From: a virus
Lineage: Duplodnaviria; Heunggongvirae; Uroviricota; Caudoviricetes
Strand: one strand, 5' to 3'
Length of the DNA: 64,000 nucleotides
IMG/VR virus record: IMGVR_UViG_3300029976_000110
The position numbers and the translations under genes were made by a program. Positions 41,480 to 50,927 of the stretch are shown piece by piece. The stretch's first letter is position 1, and each line of letters begins with the position of its first letter. Below the pieces are notes generated by a model. It was not told where the DNA came from. It was given only the letters and a program-made list of their open reading frames with translations, and did not search any database.

Positions 41480-41995
41480 TCATTTAATTCCTCCAGTATT
41501 GGCTCCTACACTAACAAAATTACTATCAGATCCAAACATATAGAGAGGTTCTTCAATACCTAAATGAAGTGGCAGGCGTAGAGTCATAAAATCTTCAGTA
41601 GGTTTAACTGTGTCTGTTTGATATAACAAATCAATAGCTTCCTTTAAAGATATTTTGGTTGACTTAATGCGAACATCTTGTAGCCACGGATCTACATAAG
41701 TTGTATATATTGGAGCGTTAAGAGAGTCAAATGTTACTATAAGAGTACGACCTGTAGACCCACTTAAACCATAAATGACCTTAGTTTCACTAACAATAAT
41801 GGTATCTGTTATCTCTCCACCTGCGTTTCTAACCAACTTTGTTTCTACCTCATAAAGTTGAGAAGTTGGATATTTAACGAGAACTGCAGAATCAACTGTT
41901 TTTAACATTCTGTCAAATGTCATTACTGAGGACTTGCTATTTCTACAAGCTGCTAGCAAAAGAGTAACAAACAAAAATAAGATTAATTTTTTCAT
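41480..41995 (-). CDS. lipoprotein (start at internal Met MKKLILFLFVTLLLAAC)
   Basis: Signal peptide with lipobox LLAAC. The ORF track's upstream extension overlaps the tRNA. Confidence 0.5.
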   Translation of the reverse strand: MKKLILFLFVTLLLAACRNSKSSVMTFDRMLKTVDSAVLVKYPTSQLYEVETKLVRNAGGEITDTIIVSETKVIYGLSGSTGRTLIVTFDSLNAPIYTTYVDPWLQDVRIKSTKISLKEAIDLLYQTDTVKPTEDFMTLRLPLHLGIEEPLYMFGSDSNFVSVGANTGGIK

Positions 41996-42071
41996 ATTAT
42001 TAAAATTTATTGAATCGTTATAAATCGATAGCAAAGTAATATAGAAAACGATACTATATCTATTAATAAAG

Positions 42072-42154
42072 TCCGCGTGAGGAGATTCAAACTCCCAATC
42101 CACAAGGGCCCCGAAGTTTAAGTTCGGTCTGTATATCAATTCCAGCACACGCGG
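42072..42154 (-). tRNA. tRNA-Leu (anticodon UAA), long variable arm
   Basis: Acceptor CCGCGUG/CACGCGG, discriminator A73. Anticodon arm CCGAA-CUUAAAC-UUCGG. T-arm GGGAG-UUUGAAU-CUCCU. 14-nt variable region. Confidence 0.6.
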
Positions 42155-42243
42155 TCATCTCTAACACAGAGTCAGAGAATAAATTAAAAGCTCTACTACT
42201 TTCACAAGCAATAGAGCTAGACTTAATTTTATTTAGACAACAA

Positions 42244-43233
42244 TTATTTTACTACAATAGTAGCTACTCTACCACTAGTTATACTAGCAGCACCTATGCC
42301 TGTAGAGTTAATTACTTTTACTCCACGATCAGTTAAGAAGTCAGTAACTACCTTAGCACGCTTCTCAGATAGAGTTTGGTTATACTCAGCACTTCCTTCT
42401 ATAGAAGCTTCACCAATTACATTAACTTCTGTTCCTTTTGCTATCTTTGACAGAGTTGTCATAGAAGTTGCGGTTAACTCATCGGAGTTCTGTGCAAAGT
42501 ATACTACATACTCACCACTTCCAACTTCTCTAATTACTTCTTTAGTTGTAACAACTTCCTTAACGGTAGGCTTCTTTGCCAATTCAGCCTTTAGAGAGTT
42601 AATTTCACTATTCAAAGCGGCAATATCATAAGTTTTAAACGAGTGAGTTCCATTAGATGTAGGGAAATGATATACATAACCTACTTCTAAAGCAAGCTGT
42701 GCATTATGCTTATTAAACTGTAGCTTTCCACTTCTAGAAAGATTCCAGTAAACGGCTGGGCTAACTACTATTGAATGTACATCACCAATATTAAATGAAG
42801 CAACTACACCAGTCTTAGCAGTTAAATCATTCTCATGTCCAGTCCAACTATGCAACCATCCAATACCAGTTTCTGTAGACACTTCAAATTTTCTCGGATG
42901 TCCTAGATAACCACATAGCAAGTTACTAAAGTTTATTACTCCATTAACTCCAGTGTTAATAGAGCGAACTACAGTAGAAGCATTACCATAGTGATTATCG
43001 CCAAACGAGGCAAGACCCTCGACATTTACACCTATAACAGGGGTAAAATCTTTCTGAACTTTCAATCCTACAACACCATTAAGAGGAAATGTAGAACTAA
43101 AATCAAGGGGAGTTGTTGCTCCACCTACTACACCAATAGAAATGTTATCAAGAATTTTAGACTCTTGATAAGCTGTTTGTGCTGAAGCACTTAGAGTAAA
43201 CAGCAAACTCATTAAGAAAATTAATTTTTTCAT
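42244..43233 (-). CDS. OmpA-family outer-membrane protein (N-terminal beta-barrel-like domain + C-terminal OmpA domain)
   Basis: Signal peptide MKKLIFLMSLLFTLSASAQ. C-terminal OmpA-like block YFAQNSDEL..SEKRAKVVTDFL..GV. Confidence 0.55.
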   Translation of the reverse strand: MKKLIFLMSLLFTLSASAQTAYQESKILDNISIGVVGGATTPLDFSSTFPLNGVVGLKVQKDFTPVIGVNVEGLASFGDNHYGNASTVVRSINTGVNGVINFSNLLCGYLGHPRKFEVSTETGIGWLHSWTGHENDLTAKTGVVASFNIGDVHSIVVSPAVYWNLSRSGKLQFNKHNAQLALEVGYVYHFPTSNGTHSFKTYDIAALNSEINSLKAELAKKPTVKEVVTTKEVIREVGSGEYVVYFAQNSDELTATSMTTLSKIAKGTEVNVIGEASIEGSAEYNQTLSEKRAKVVTDFLTDRGVKVINSTGIGAASITSGRVATIVVK

Positions 43234-43580
43234 AATTTGTAATTACATTAAACATTATTTAATCTTCATACTAAAAATGTCAGTTTCTTATACTTAGTGA
43301 AACTGACAAATATCTAAACTACCACCCTCTCTGTGCATCAGAGTAACTTTAGCACTGAACGTAGGTATTGCCTTATTACACGTTCTTATTGTAGATTTAC
43401 AGAACACCTTTGAATACCTCTTTATTCTAAAGAGAGTAATCGGAGAAACTATCCTATATTAACCTCAATAGGCATTGGACTAGACCAGCTAGCCATTACT
43501 TGTTAGTTTTAGTTACAATGGTTTTAAGAAAAAAATCTTGCTGCAAGTGTTCTTTTATATGTATAATTTGAGGTATAATT

Positions 43581-43871
43581 TTATTCAACCATAAATCCAT
43601 ATCCAAATCCGTTACGAGTTTGAATATATTTTCCGTATGCTCCTAACTTCTTTCTAAGTCTTGATATTGTTACATCAACTACTCTAAAAGATACTTTCTT
43701 TTGCCAAACAGTTTCTATAATCTCTTTACGAGTAAATATCTTATTTTGATTTTCAAGAAGAAATTGCAACAATAGATATTCATGTCTTGTCAAATATACT
43801 TCTTTGTTTTCAATTAAACAAATTTTCTGATCAAAATTTAATGTTAAGTCTTTAAAAGATATTTTATTCAT
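43581..43871 (-). CDS. OmpR/PhoB-type winged-helix DNA-binding domain protein (stand-alone trans_reg_C)
   Basis: LTRHEYLLLQFL..IFTR.EII..VW...V.ISRLRKKL..IQTRNGFGYGF. Confidence 0.55.
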   Translation of the reverse strand: MNKISFKDLTLNFDQKICLIENKEVYLTRHEYLLLQFLLENQNKIFTRKEIIETVWQKKVSFRVVDVTISRLRKKLGAYGKYIQTRNGFGYGFMVE

Positions 43872-43890
43872 ATTTTTACTTGTATAATTG

Positions 43891-43962
43891 TCTCCCTAGC
43901 AGGAATCGAACCTACATCTATAATTTAGAAAAATATTGCTCTATCCATTGAGCTATAGGGAG
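43891..43962 (-). tRNA. tRNA-Arg (anticodon UCU)
   Basis: Acceptor CUCCCUA/UAGGGAG. D-arm GCUC-AAUGGAUA-GAGC. Anticodon loop UUUCUAA. T-arm GUAGG-UUCGAUU-CCUGC. Confidence 0.7.
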
Positions 43963-44024
43963 AAATAGGTACTATTATCACTAACCGTACCTATAATAAT
44001 AAATATATGAAAAGGTTAAATAAT

Positions 44025-45866
44025 TTAACCCTTATTTTCTTCAGTCTTTCCAACAATTGCATTAAGAGTTTTCTTAAATGGTATAGATTTAAGAAGTTCA
44101 AATGCAGGATTAAGATTTTCAGCCATGCTAGCCATAAATTGACCTGCAGTATTCTCATTACCATATACAGTAACTTCTCCAAGGTGAATATGTTCAAATA
44201 CCTGAGCTTGTGCTTCAGCAATACCCTTAAGCTGATCAACAGTCTTAAACTGAACCACCATTTCTGGGGTCATACCTGTTTCAATCATCTTCTGGACAGC
44301 TAGTGCAGGAGCCATTTCAATAGCTTGAACCTTATCGGCCTCAGCCATCAAAGAAGCTCTCTTGCCCTCTGCTTCAGCAAGAAGCTTCTTCTTGTTACCT
44401 TCTGCTTCAGCTTCAGCTTTAGTTTGTATTGCAGTAGCTTCTGCAAAAGCCTTCTGACGAATAGCTTCTGCTTCTGCTTCTGCTTCTACAACTTTCTTCT
44501 GTTTCTCGGCTTCTGCTTGAATAACAATCTCTTCTTTCTTCTTCTGAGCAGGAACAATTACTTCTGCATTAAGCTTAGCTTCAGCAGCTTTAGCAGTTTT
44601 ATTAGCAATCTCTATTTCGGCTTCCGCCTTAGAAACACCTGCTACTCGCTGTGCTTCTGCTTCAGCTTTAGCAGCCTCTCCTTTAGCAGTCGATACTTCA
44701 ATAGTCGCTCTTTGTTCTGCTACGCCAGCTTTCTTATTAGCTTCAGCAGATCTTTGTCTCTTTTGAGATTCAAATTCTGCTACTTTGGCTTCCTGCTCGT
44801 TGATAGCTTCCTGTGTCTTTGCTTCTTGCTCTTGCTCTGCCTTAGCAATACGAACCTGCTTCTGAGCTTCTGCTTCAGCTTGTGCCGCATTAGCTTCTGC
44901 TTCAGACTTGGCAATAGATGCAACTGCTTCTGCTTTACGAGCTGCTTTAGCTGATTCTGCTTCTGCCTTAGACTTGGCCATATTAGCTTCCATCTCTGCA
45001 GTTTGAGCAGCCTTACCAGACTCTCTAAGCTTTTCTGCTTCCGCAAGTTTAATTTCCTTATCCTTGTCAATCTCAGCAACATTTATAGCTTGTTCTTGAC
45101 GAGCTTGTGCTACTTGAGTTTCTCTTTCTTTGTTAGCTTGAGCAACGGCAATATCCTTTTCCTTAGTAGTTTCAGCTATCTGAATTTGTCCTTTCTTCTC
45201 CTCCTCTGCAATATCTGCTTGTGCTTGTGCTTGTGCTTTAGTTGCAGCTTTCTTACCAAGATTCTCAATATAATTTGCATCATCCTTGATTTCAGCATTA
45301 TTAATATTGATAATAGTAAAACCTACTTTATTAAGTTCTGTTTCAATACTTTCCTTAGCTTTACCTAAGAAAGCAACACGATCAGCATTAATTTCTTCAA
45401 TGGACATAGTAGATACAACACTTCTCATTTCACCAATAAGAATATCAGTGATTTGCTGAGAAATTTCGTTTGTAGAACAAGTTAAGAATCTACTAGCAGC
45501 ATTTTGCATAAGAGTATCTGTTGTTCCAATACCAGTTGTTAATGTAACAGGAATTGTAACATTAATAAACTGAGAAGTAGGGCCTTTTACAGTAGCTTGA
45601 ATCTGAATAGGTTTAAGAGACATTTTCCTCCAATCTTGGATTACTGGAAATACAAACGTACCTCCACCATGAATTATTTTAGAAGGAAGAATGACAGTTT
45701 CATTCCTACTCATCTTTGGATTGAAGACGGTTTTCTTTCCTGCTTTACCAAAGACAACTAAGATTTCATCACTCGCACATCTACGATAGCGAGACATCAG
45801 ACCAATAATGGTCAAAATTACAAGAATTGTTATAATCCCAGTAACAATTAAAGTTGAATCAATCAT
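44025..45866 (-). CDS. flotillin-family SPFH/band-7 protein with long Ala/Glu-rich coiled-coil repeats
   Basis: N-terminal TM. SPFH-type region (ILVVFGKAGKKTVF..PKMSRNETVILP..LKPIQ..). Flotillin-like EA repeats. C-terminal flotillin tail. Confidence 0.7.
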   Translation of the reverse strand: MIDSTLIVTGIITILVILTIIGLMSRYRRCASDEILVVFGKAGKKTVFNPKMSRNETVILPSKIIHGGGTFVFPVIQDWRKMSLKPIQIQATVKGPTSQFINVTIPVTLTTGIGTTDTLMQNAASRFLTCSTNEISQQITDILIGEMRSVVSTMSIEEINADRVAFLGKAKESIETELNKVGFTIININNAEIKDDANYIENLGKKAATKAQAQAQADIAEEEKKGQIQIAETTKEKDIAVAQANKERETQVAQARQEQAINVAEIDKDKEIKLAEAEKLRESGKAAQTAEMEANMAKSKAEAESAKAARKAEAVASIAKSEAEANAAQAEAEAQKQVRIAKAEQEQEAKTQEAINEQEAKVAEFESQKRQRSAEANKKAGVAEQRATIEVSTAKGEAAKAEAEAQRVAGVSKAEAEIEIANKTAKAAEAKLNAEVIVPAQKKKEEIVIQAEAEKQKKVVEAEAEAEAIRQKAFAEATAIQTKAEAEAEGNKKKLLAEAEGKRASLMAEADKVQAIEMAPALAVQKMIETGMTPEMVVQFKTVDQLKGIAEAQAQVFEHIHLGEVTVYGNENTAGQFMASMAENLNPAFELLKSIPFKKTLNAIVGKTEENKG

Positions 45867-46364
45867 TTAAGAAATATTATAAATACCTGAATTAAAAGCA
45901 ATTATTTGACAGATTTCTCCTTGTTTTTTAGGAGAATCTGATATACATACAATTTCAGTATAAGGCTCATCCATTAGATAGCAGGAACTTCTTCCGTCTG
46001 ATAACGGGGCATATACTACAACTTTCTTACCTATAAGAGCAGACCCCGACTTTGTAGTAGGTTCATAATTGAACTTCATACAAAGTTTATATAGGAAGAA
46101 TAGAGCAACCACAAAAATGATTCCTACTATAACTGCTCCTATAATAGTTGCAATAGTTACTTGTCCATTAAGCATTAGCCATCCAGAGAACCCCATAACG
46201 AAGTGAGTTAGTCCTTTAAAAGACAATAAATCACTTGCACCAAAGTCAATATTTCCATCACAGTCTACATCCAAATCCATATCTCCAATCCCAAGATTAG
46301 ACAATATGAATTGAATAATAAAAATACCGTAGGAAATTATACCTAAAATATAATACCACTCCAT
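45867..46364 (-). CDS. NfeD-like membrane protein (flotillin partner, YuaF/YqiJ-like)
   Basis: Multiple TM segments plus a C-terminal soluble OB-like domain. Sits immediately upstream and translationally coupled, in the same order as yuaF-floT. Confidence 0.55.
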   Translation of the reverse strand: MEWYYILGIISYGIFIIQFILSNLGIGDMDLDVDCDGNIDFGASDLLSFKGLTHFVMGFSGWLMLNGQVTIATIIGAVIVGIIFVVALFFLYKLCMKFNYEPTTKSGSALIGKKVVVYAPLSDGRSSCYLMDEPYTEIVCISDSPKKQGEICQIIAFNSGIYNIS

Positions 46365-46368
46365 AAGA

Positions 46369-46962
46369 TTAGTCTATCCATTCCCAATCGCAATTGATGC
46401 CTCCATATTGTACTTCAAATAGTAGTTTACCAAAGTACGTTGAAAGATGTTTAGCAATCTCTTGAGAAGAAACTGATTGAAAGCCAGCAGTCATCGTGCA
46501 AACATCTGAGACCGTACTACCCGAATGGAAACAACCGAGACCAGTTCCAACATTGACAAATGCGTAGCTGCCAACAATCTCAAATACTCTTCCTTCGGAT
46601 TTAATGCGTCCAAGAATCTTATTACCAAGGCAAGATTTTATATTTCCAGGAATACATAATTCGATAGTTGGAATCCATCTTTCTCCAGTAATAAGATGCC
46701 TTTTTTCATTATTAGTAAGAGCAAAGACTACTATTCTCCATGCAACAACCGAGCTGGAATAAGAATCTTTCGGAGCAGCGTAGTACTCTTTAAGAATTGT
46801 TTTAGCTTCCTTGCAACCCTTATTTGCAAAGTCTATAACAGTGTCTAGAGCTTTCGTGAAGGTACAAATACTCTCCAGAGAGTCTATGTCTACAAACTCA
46901 ATTCGTCCATCTTTCCAAACAACTTCTTTATTGTCTGGAACTTCAATTGTTATCTGTTTCAT
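46369..46962 (-). CDS. hypothetical protein
   Basis: 197-aa ORF. Confidence 0.3.
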   Translation of the reverse strand: MKQITIEVPDNKEVVWKDGRIEFVDIDSLESICTFTKALDTVIDFANKGCKEAKTILKEYYAAPKDSYSSSVVAWRIVVFALTNNEKRHLITGERWIPTIELCIPGNIKSCLGNKILGRIKSEGRVFEIVGSYAFVNVGTGLGCFHSGSTVSDVCTMTAGFQSVSSQEIAKHLSTYFGKLLFEVQYGGINCDWEWID

Positions 46963-46964
46963 AT

Positions 46965-48197
46965 TTAGTTAATTATAAAGTTCTTTGAAAAAAGTATTTC
47001 CTCGAATCTAAGATCATTACCAATATAATCCCTATTGTTTGTCTGATTTCTTTTAAGAATACATAAACGATTAATTCCATCAAGTACTCTGTCAGCTACT
47101 TCTTTAGGATAAATCTCAGTTACAATACCTACTAAATTGTTATTAGGAAGTTTCTTATAAGGAGTTTCCTCTGCGAACTTCAGTATAGCATTAAAGATAT
47201 AAATCCATAGTATAATTTTATTTAAATTATATGTAGGACGGAGTAATCTAAACTCTATCGTTTTGTTTACAGTATAACAGATAGCATTAATGAAGTTACA
47301 CCAGAAATAACGGGTATGGACTTGCCATTTTCTATTCCTTCCTATGTCATTTGGGTGTGGCTGAGTTAGATCTCCAAAAAACTTCTTTCCTACCAAGTAT
47401 TCATACATTTGGTTAAAGTCCCTAAAATTTTTTAATGGATTACAGTAATCTTTACCATTATTTTTGTACCTGGCAGAATTAAAAGTATACTGTGGAACAA
47501 GATCAACAATGTCTTTTTCTAGTAACTTACACAAATAATATAAGTCATATAACTTCTGAGGATCAAGTGGGTACCCACCAAAATGTATATGCAATGAACA
47601 TTCTTTGTTAAAGACAGTATATTCATTTAGTGTAGTTACTTCTTGTTCTAAAAGAGCTAATCCTTCACTTCCTCTTAAAACAACAGAAGAATATTCTATT
47701 CCATCAATAGATCCATCCCTTAAAGGTATTAATCCATCTCTGAAGCATAATTCTTCTGGCACATAGCCCATAGAAGTTTCAAATTCAAGTCCGAAACTAT
47801 ATTTTAGGTATTTACTTAAAGTAAACTCCTTCTTTGATACGATTTGTCTTCCTTCAAAAAGACGGAAACTCTCTATAGCCTCATATCTTCGTTCAAAGTT
47901 ATAAGGAAACTTTCCTTGGCCAAAAGTACATACTTCGTTGATAACAATGTCTTCAGGAACTCCAGTTTTATCAAACCAAAATCCACCTTTGTTACTATAA
48001 CACAGGTTTGCATTTTTTATGTAAACATTTTTAAATCGGAATGGGAACGCCTCTCCTGTATAAACTCCAATTGTTTTAATGTCCTTCGTATCTTGAAAAT
48101 ATCCATAAACCGTTAAATCTGGAGTATGAGATACAATCGCTCTAATACTTTTACTAAAGTCTACAGCTTTTCGAGATACTTCATCTATTACTTGCAT
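46965..48197 (-). CDS. GCS2/glutamine-synthetase-fold amidoligase-like protein
   Basis: FGLEFETS..GSIDG.EYSS and CSLHIHFGG (Glu/His ligand blocks of Amidoligase_2-type enzymes). Confidence 0.45.
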   Translation of the reverse strand: MQVIDEVSRKAVDFSKSIRAIVSHTPDLTVYGYFQDTKDIKTIGVYTGEAFPFRFKNVYIKNANLCYSNKGGFWFDKTGVPEDIVINEVCTFGQGKFPYNFERRYEAIESFRLFEGRQIVSKKEFTLSKYLKYSFGLEFETSMGYVPEELCFRDGLIPLRDGSIDGIEYSSVVLRGSEGLALLEQEVTTLNEYTVFNKECSLHIHFGGYPLDPQKLYDLYYLCKLLEKDIVDLVPQYTFNSARYKNNGKDYCNPLKNFRDFNQMYEYLVGKKFFGDLTQPHPNDIGRNRKWQVHTRYFWCNFINAICYTVNKTIEFRLLRPTYNLNKIILWIYIFNAILKFAEETPYKKLPNNNLVGIVTEIYPKEVADRVLDGINRLCILKRNQTNNRDYIGNDLRFEEILFSKNFIIN

Positions 48198-49516
48198 TCT
48201 TTCTCAACAGATTTAAAGTTAATTTCTACTTTCTTAGGAATATACTCGTCAAGATCTCTAACACCTGCATTAAAAGTATTTTTTATTACTTTTCCACCCA
48301 GATATTCTGTCCTACTACTAATTGAGAGAGGTTGAAAAGAACCAGTAAATAAAATAGCCTTAGTTGGAGATATAGCTCTATACATTAGGCCATCTTCTCC
48401 TTTAAAGACTTCATCTACGCTAAGATAACGAATTAGAGTTTGATTTTTCTTTCTAAATTTTATACCATCCAAACCACTTTTCCTTCTAAGAATACAGAGA
48501 AATCTAAAGCATTTATCGTTCTTTAGCATTACCCCATCAAAGAACCAAAAGGGTTTAGTTGGAGACATTTTTCTAGAGGAACTAATTTCAACTCTTCCCC
48601 ATTTACTTAACATTATCTTTCCGTTTGCTCTTTTTCCTTTAAACAAATAAATATTTTGGCTAAGGTCTTGAGTAATCCAGTTACTATACATTGAATCTTC
48701 CAATTCGAATATACTTCTATGAGATCCAAAATCTCTAAGTTCTGGATATACTATTTCCATCTCTCTAGATTGAGTCATTTTATTTCTTGGACAATCCTTA
48801 ACTTTGACAAGTTCTTTTCCATCAAATTCCCATAAGACATTAGCTGCTAAATTCCAAACATTTAAGTCTTTTCGTAAAGCAAGAAGATGTGTTCCAATGG
48901 AAGAAAATATAAGCTCTCTCTTAACTGAATCTATACAGTAACAAAGAGGTCTTTCTTCCTCTTCTTCCTTAGAATAAGTATGTTTCTTAGAAGAACCTTT
49001 AAACAGATATGTATGTGGACCATAATTTCTATAGTCAATGGTAACAAAGGCAGAACCTCCATTATATTCACTTAATACATCATATCCACTATAATAGAAT
49101 ATTCGTGCCATAACTTGAGAATCAGTCATACCACTAATATCTATTTCTGGAATATACTTAGCTGCAAGCTCCTTATAATTGTATATAGTTCCATTATGAA
49201 GTACTACAAATTCTACTTCTTCCTTATCATTAGTTAAAATAACAGGTTGAGCTGTTTCCTTTGTAATTTTTCCAATAGATGCCTTTCGACAATGTAACAA
49301 AGCCACTTTTGCAGTTTTTGTATTGAATAGAAGCTCACTTTCTGGAAAGTACGCTCGGAAGTATTTTTCTTTATCTACTCCATACTCGTATTTTCCATCA
49401 ATAAACACTCCACAAGAGTCACCACCTCTACTATCATTAGCTATTCCTAAAACACAAAATGCGCTATAGTCAAATGCTCTAGGAATTTTATTAACAATTC
49501 CTGCTAATCCACACAT
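48188..49516 (-). CDS. class-II (Ntn) glutamine amidotransferase domain protein
   Basis: N-terminal MCGLAGIV (Cys2 nucleophile right after the Met). GATase-2-like first ~230 aa. Confidence 0.55.
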   Translation of the reverse strand: MCGLAGIVNKIPRAFDYSAFCVLGIANDSRGGDSCGVFIDGKYEYGVDKEKYFRAYFPESELLFNTKTAKVALLHCRKASIGKITKETAQPVILTNDKEEVEFVVLHNGTIYNYKELAAKYIPEIDISGMTDSQVMARIFYYSGYDVLSEYNGGSAFVTIDYRNYGPHTYLFKGSSKKHTYSKEEEEERPLCYCIDSVKRELIFSSIGTHLLALRKDLNVWNLAANVLWEFDGKELVKVKDCPRNKMTQSREMEIVYPELRDFGSHRSIFELEDSMYSNWITQDLSQNIYLFKGKRANGKIMLSKWGRVEISSSRKMSPTKPFWFFDGVMLKNDKCFRFLCILRRKSGLDGIKFRKKNQTLIRYLSVDEVFKGEDGLMYRAISPTKAILFTGSFQPLSISSRTEYLGGKVIKNTFNAGVRDLDEYIPKKVEINFKSVEKECK

Positions 49517-50301
49517 ATCGTGTATGCTTTTATGATTTTAGACGCTAACTCTACATCACTATTATTTATAGCTGTTTGTATGTCTGAAGAATTAGCTAGA
49601 GGATATCCGCTATTATGAGCGGTTATTGCCCTACTAACCTGTCTCCAAACAAATCGAATTAAGTCTATATCTTTCATCAATGCGGAAGATAATACTCGAT
49701 ATTCACATCCGTATGGTTTAAGCCTAAAACATCCAGCCTTTCCATATAAGGATCTTCTCTTTTTATCAGAGTCTTTCAATATTGAAGGTATACCTAAATA
49801 CATATCTAAGTATTTGATTAACATTAGACTAGTATCAATATTGTTGTAATCATATCCTAGATGGATATGCATTCCTGCTGAGCGGATATTAGTTCTATTT
49901 CCTTTTGGCTTAGGGTTAGCTTCTTCAGTATACGCATTAAAGTCTATATCGCAGCCAAATTCCTTAGCTTGAGGAGACTTTAATTGGCTCGTAGGAACTA
50001 AAGCTGAAGCTGTACACATAATTCCAAGTTTGGGATTCTTACTTTTTACAAACTTGTCAATATATTGTTTCATATATTCAATGCTATTGATAAATGAAAC
50101 TTCGCTTGTACAAGGAGGAATATTAAATTCGGATAATATGTTATCAGTTTCTATCCCAAAACCATTTGGCATATCATCCGCTTTATAAGGGTTTCCTTTT
50201 TCTCCAGGAATAAGACCAATAGCAGAAACTACTTTCTTCGTTTCTTCATTTATTATAAAAAGCTCTGGATCAGCTCCTATAGTAACATTAGTTATTTTCA
50301 T
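49504..50301 (-). CDS. amidoligase-like protein (second paralog)
   Basis: IGADPELFII, GFGIETD, SAGMHIHLGYD. Confidence 0.45.
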   Translation of the reverse strand: MKITNVTIGADPELFIINEETKKVVSAIGLIPGEKGNPYKADDMPNGFGIETDNILSEFNIPPCTSEVSFINSIEYMKQYIDKFVKSKNPKLGIMCTASALVPTSQLKSPQAKEFGCDIDFNAYTEEANPKPKGNRTNIRSAGMHIHLGYDYNNIDTSLMLIKYLDMYLGIPSILKDSDKKRRSLYGKAGCFRLKPYGCEYRVLSSALMKDIDLIRFVWRQVSRAITAHNSGYPLANSSDIQTAINNSDVELASKIIKAYTICVD

Positions 50302-50917
50302 TGACTAACTTTGTTATAAGGTTACTAATCATTTCTGCGACAGGAGAATTTGGAATCATTTCTGGATGCCCCTGTACTGCTAAACACTTAGGTAAACCTT
50401 GCTTATGATATAATACTATTTCTGGTTCACCATTGTCCAGTATTTCCTCAGGGTCAATCTTATCCCCTTCATAGTAATCGCTCCCAACTCCGAAAGCAGT
50501 AAAGAGTAAGTCATAATCTTCTTTAGGAAGGTTATAAGGATACTGCATTTGATGATGAGTAGAAGTTATTTCATATATAACCTTTCCGTTAGTTATGCCA
50601 TGAGTATAACCAGTAGCATGACAGCCACAATTTTGGACTAGTAAGCCCCCATTGAGCACTGACATCAGCTGAGACCCCCGGCATATACCTAAACAAAGCT
50701 GATTAAGCTTTACTTGATCAAAGATTTTCTTTTCTTCTTTGTCCCTTTTCAAGTTACTATGGGTTGTTCTATGCTTCGTACATCCATATAAGGATGGACT
50801 TACATCTTCACCTCCAGTAAACAAAACAACGTCTGCTTCTTCTAGATTACTAACCAGAGTAGCATCCTTTATAAAATTAGCGTAGTGTGTAGCTCCGCCT
50901 ACAACGTATATCTTCAT
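50288..50917 (-). CDS. class-I glutamine amidotransferase-like / C26 gamma-glutamyl hydrolase-like protein
   Basis: LGICRGSQ (GxCxG catalytic-Cys block), later H/E. ~209 aa. Confidence 0.5.
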   Translation of the reverse strand: MKIYVVGGATHYANFIKDATLVSNLEEADVVLFTGGEDVSPSLYGCTKHRTTHSNLKRDKEEKKIFDQVKLNQLCLGICRGSQLMSVLNGGLLVQNCGCHATGYTHGITNGKVIYEITSTHHQMQYPYNLPKEDYDLLFTAFGVGSDYYEGDKIDPEEILDNGEPEIVLYHKQGLPKCLAVQGHPEMIPNSPVAEMISNLITKLVNENN

Positions 50918-50927
50918 TTCTTAATAT

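Noticed and set aside
41480-42148. ORF-track extension of the lipoprotein ORF up to 42148
   Set aside because: The upstream part overlaps the tRNA-Leu gene. A canonical lipoprotein signal peptide begins at the internal Met (41995).
44400-45300. Low-complexity GCTTC/GCAGC-rich repeats that look like a possible tandem repeat array
   Set aside because: They are the coding sequence of the flotillin EA-rich coiled-coil region on the minus strand, not a CRISPR or VNTR. There are no regular spacers or repeat units.
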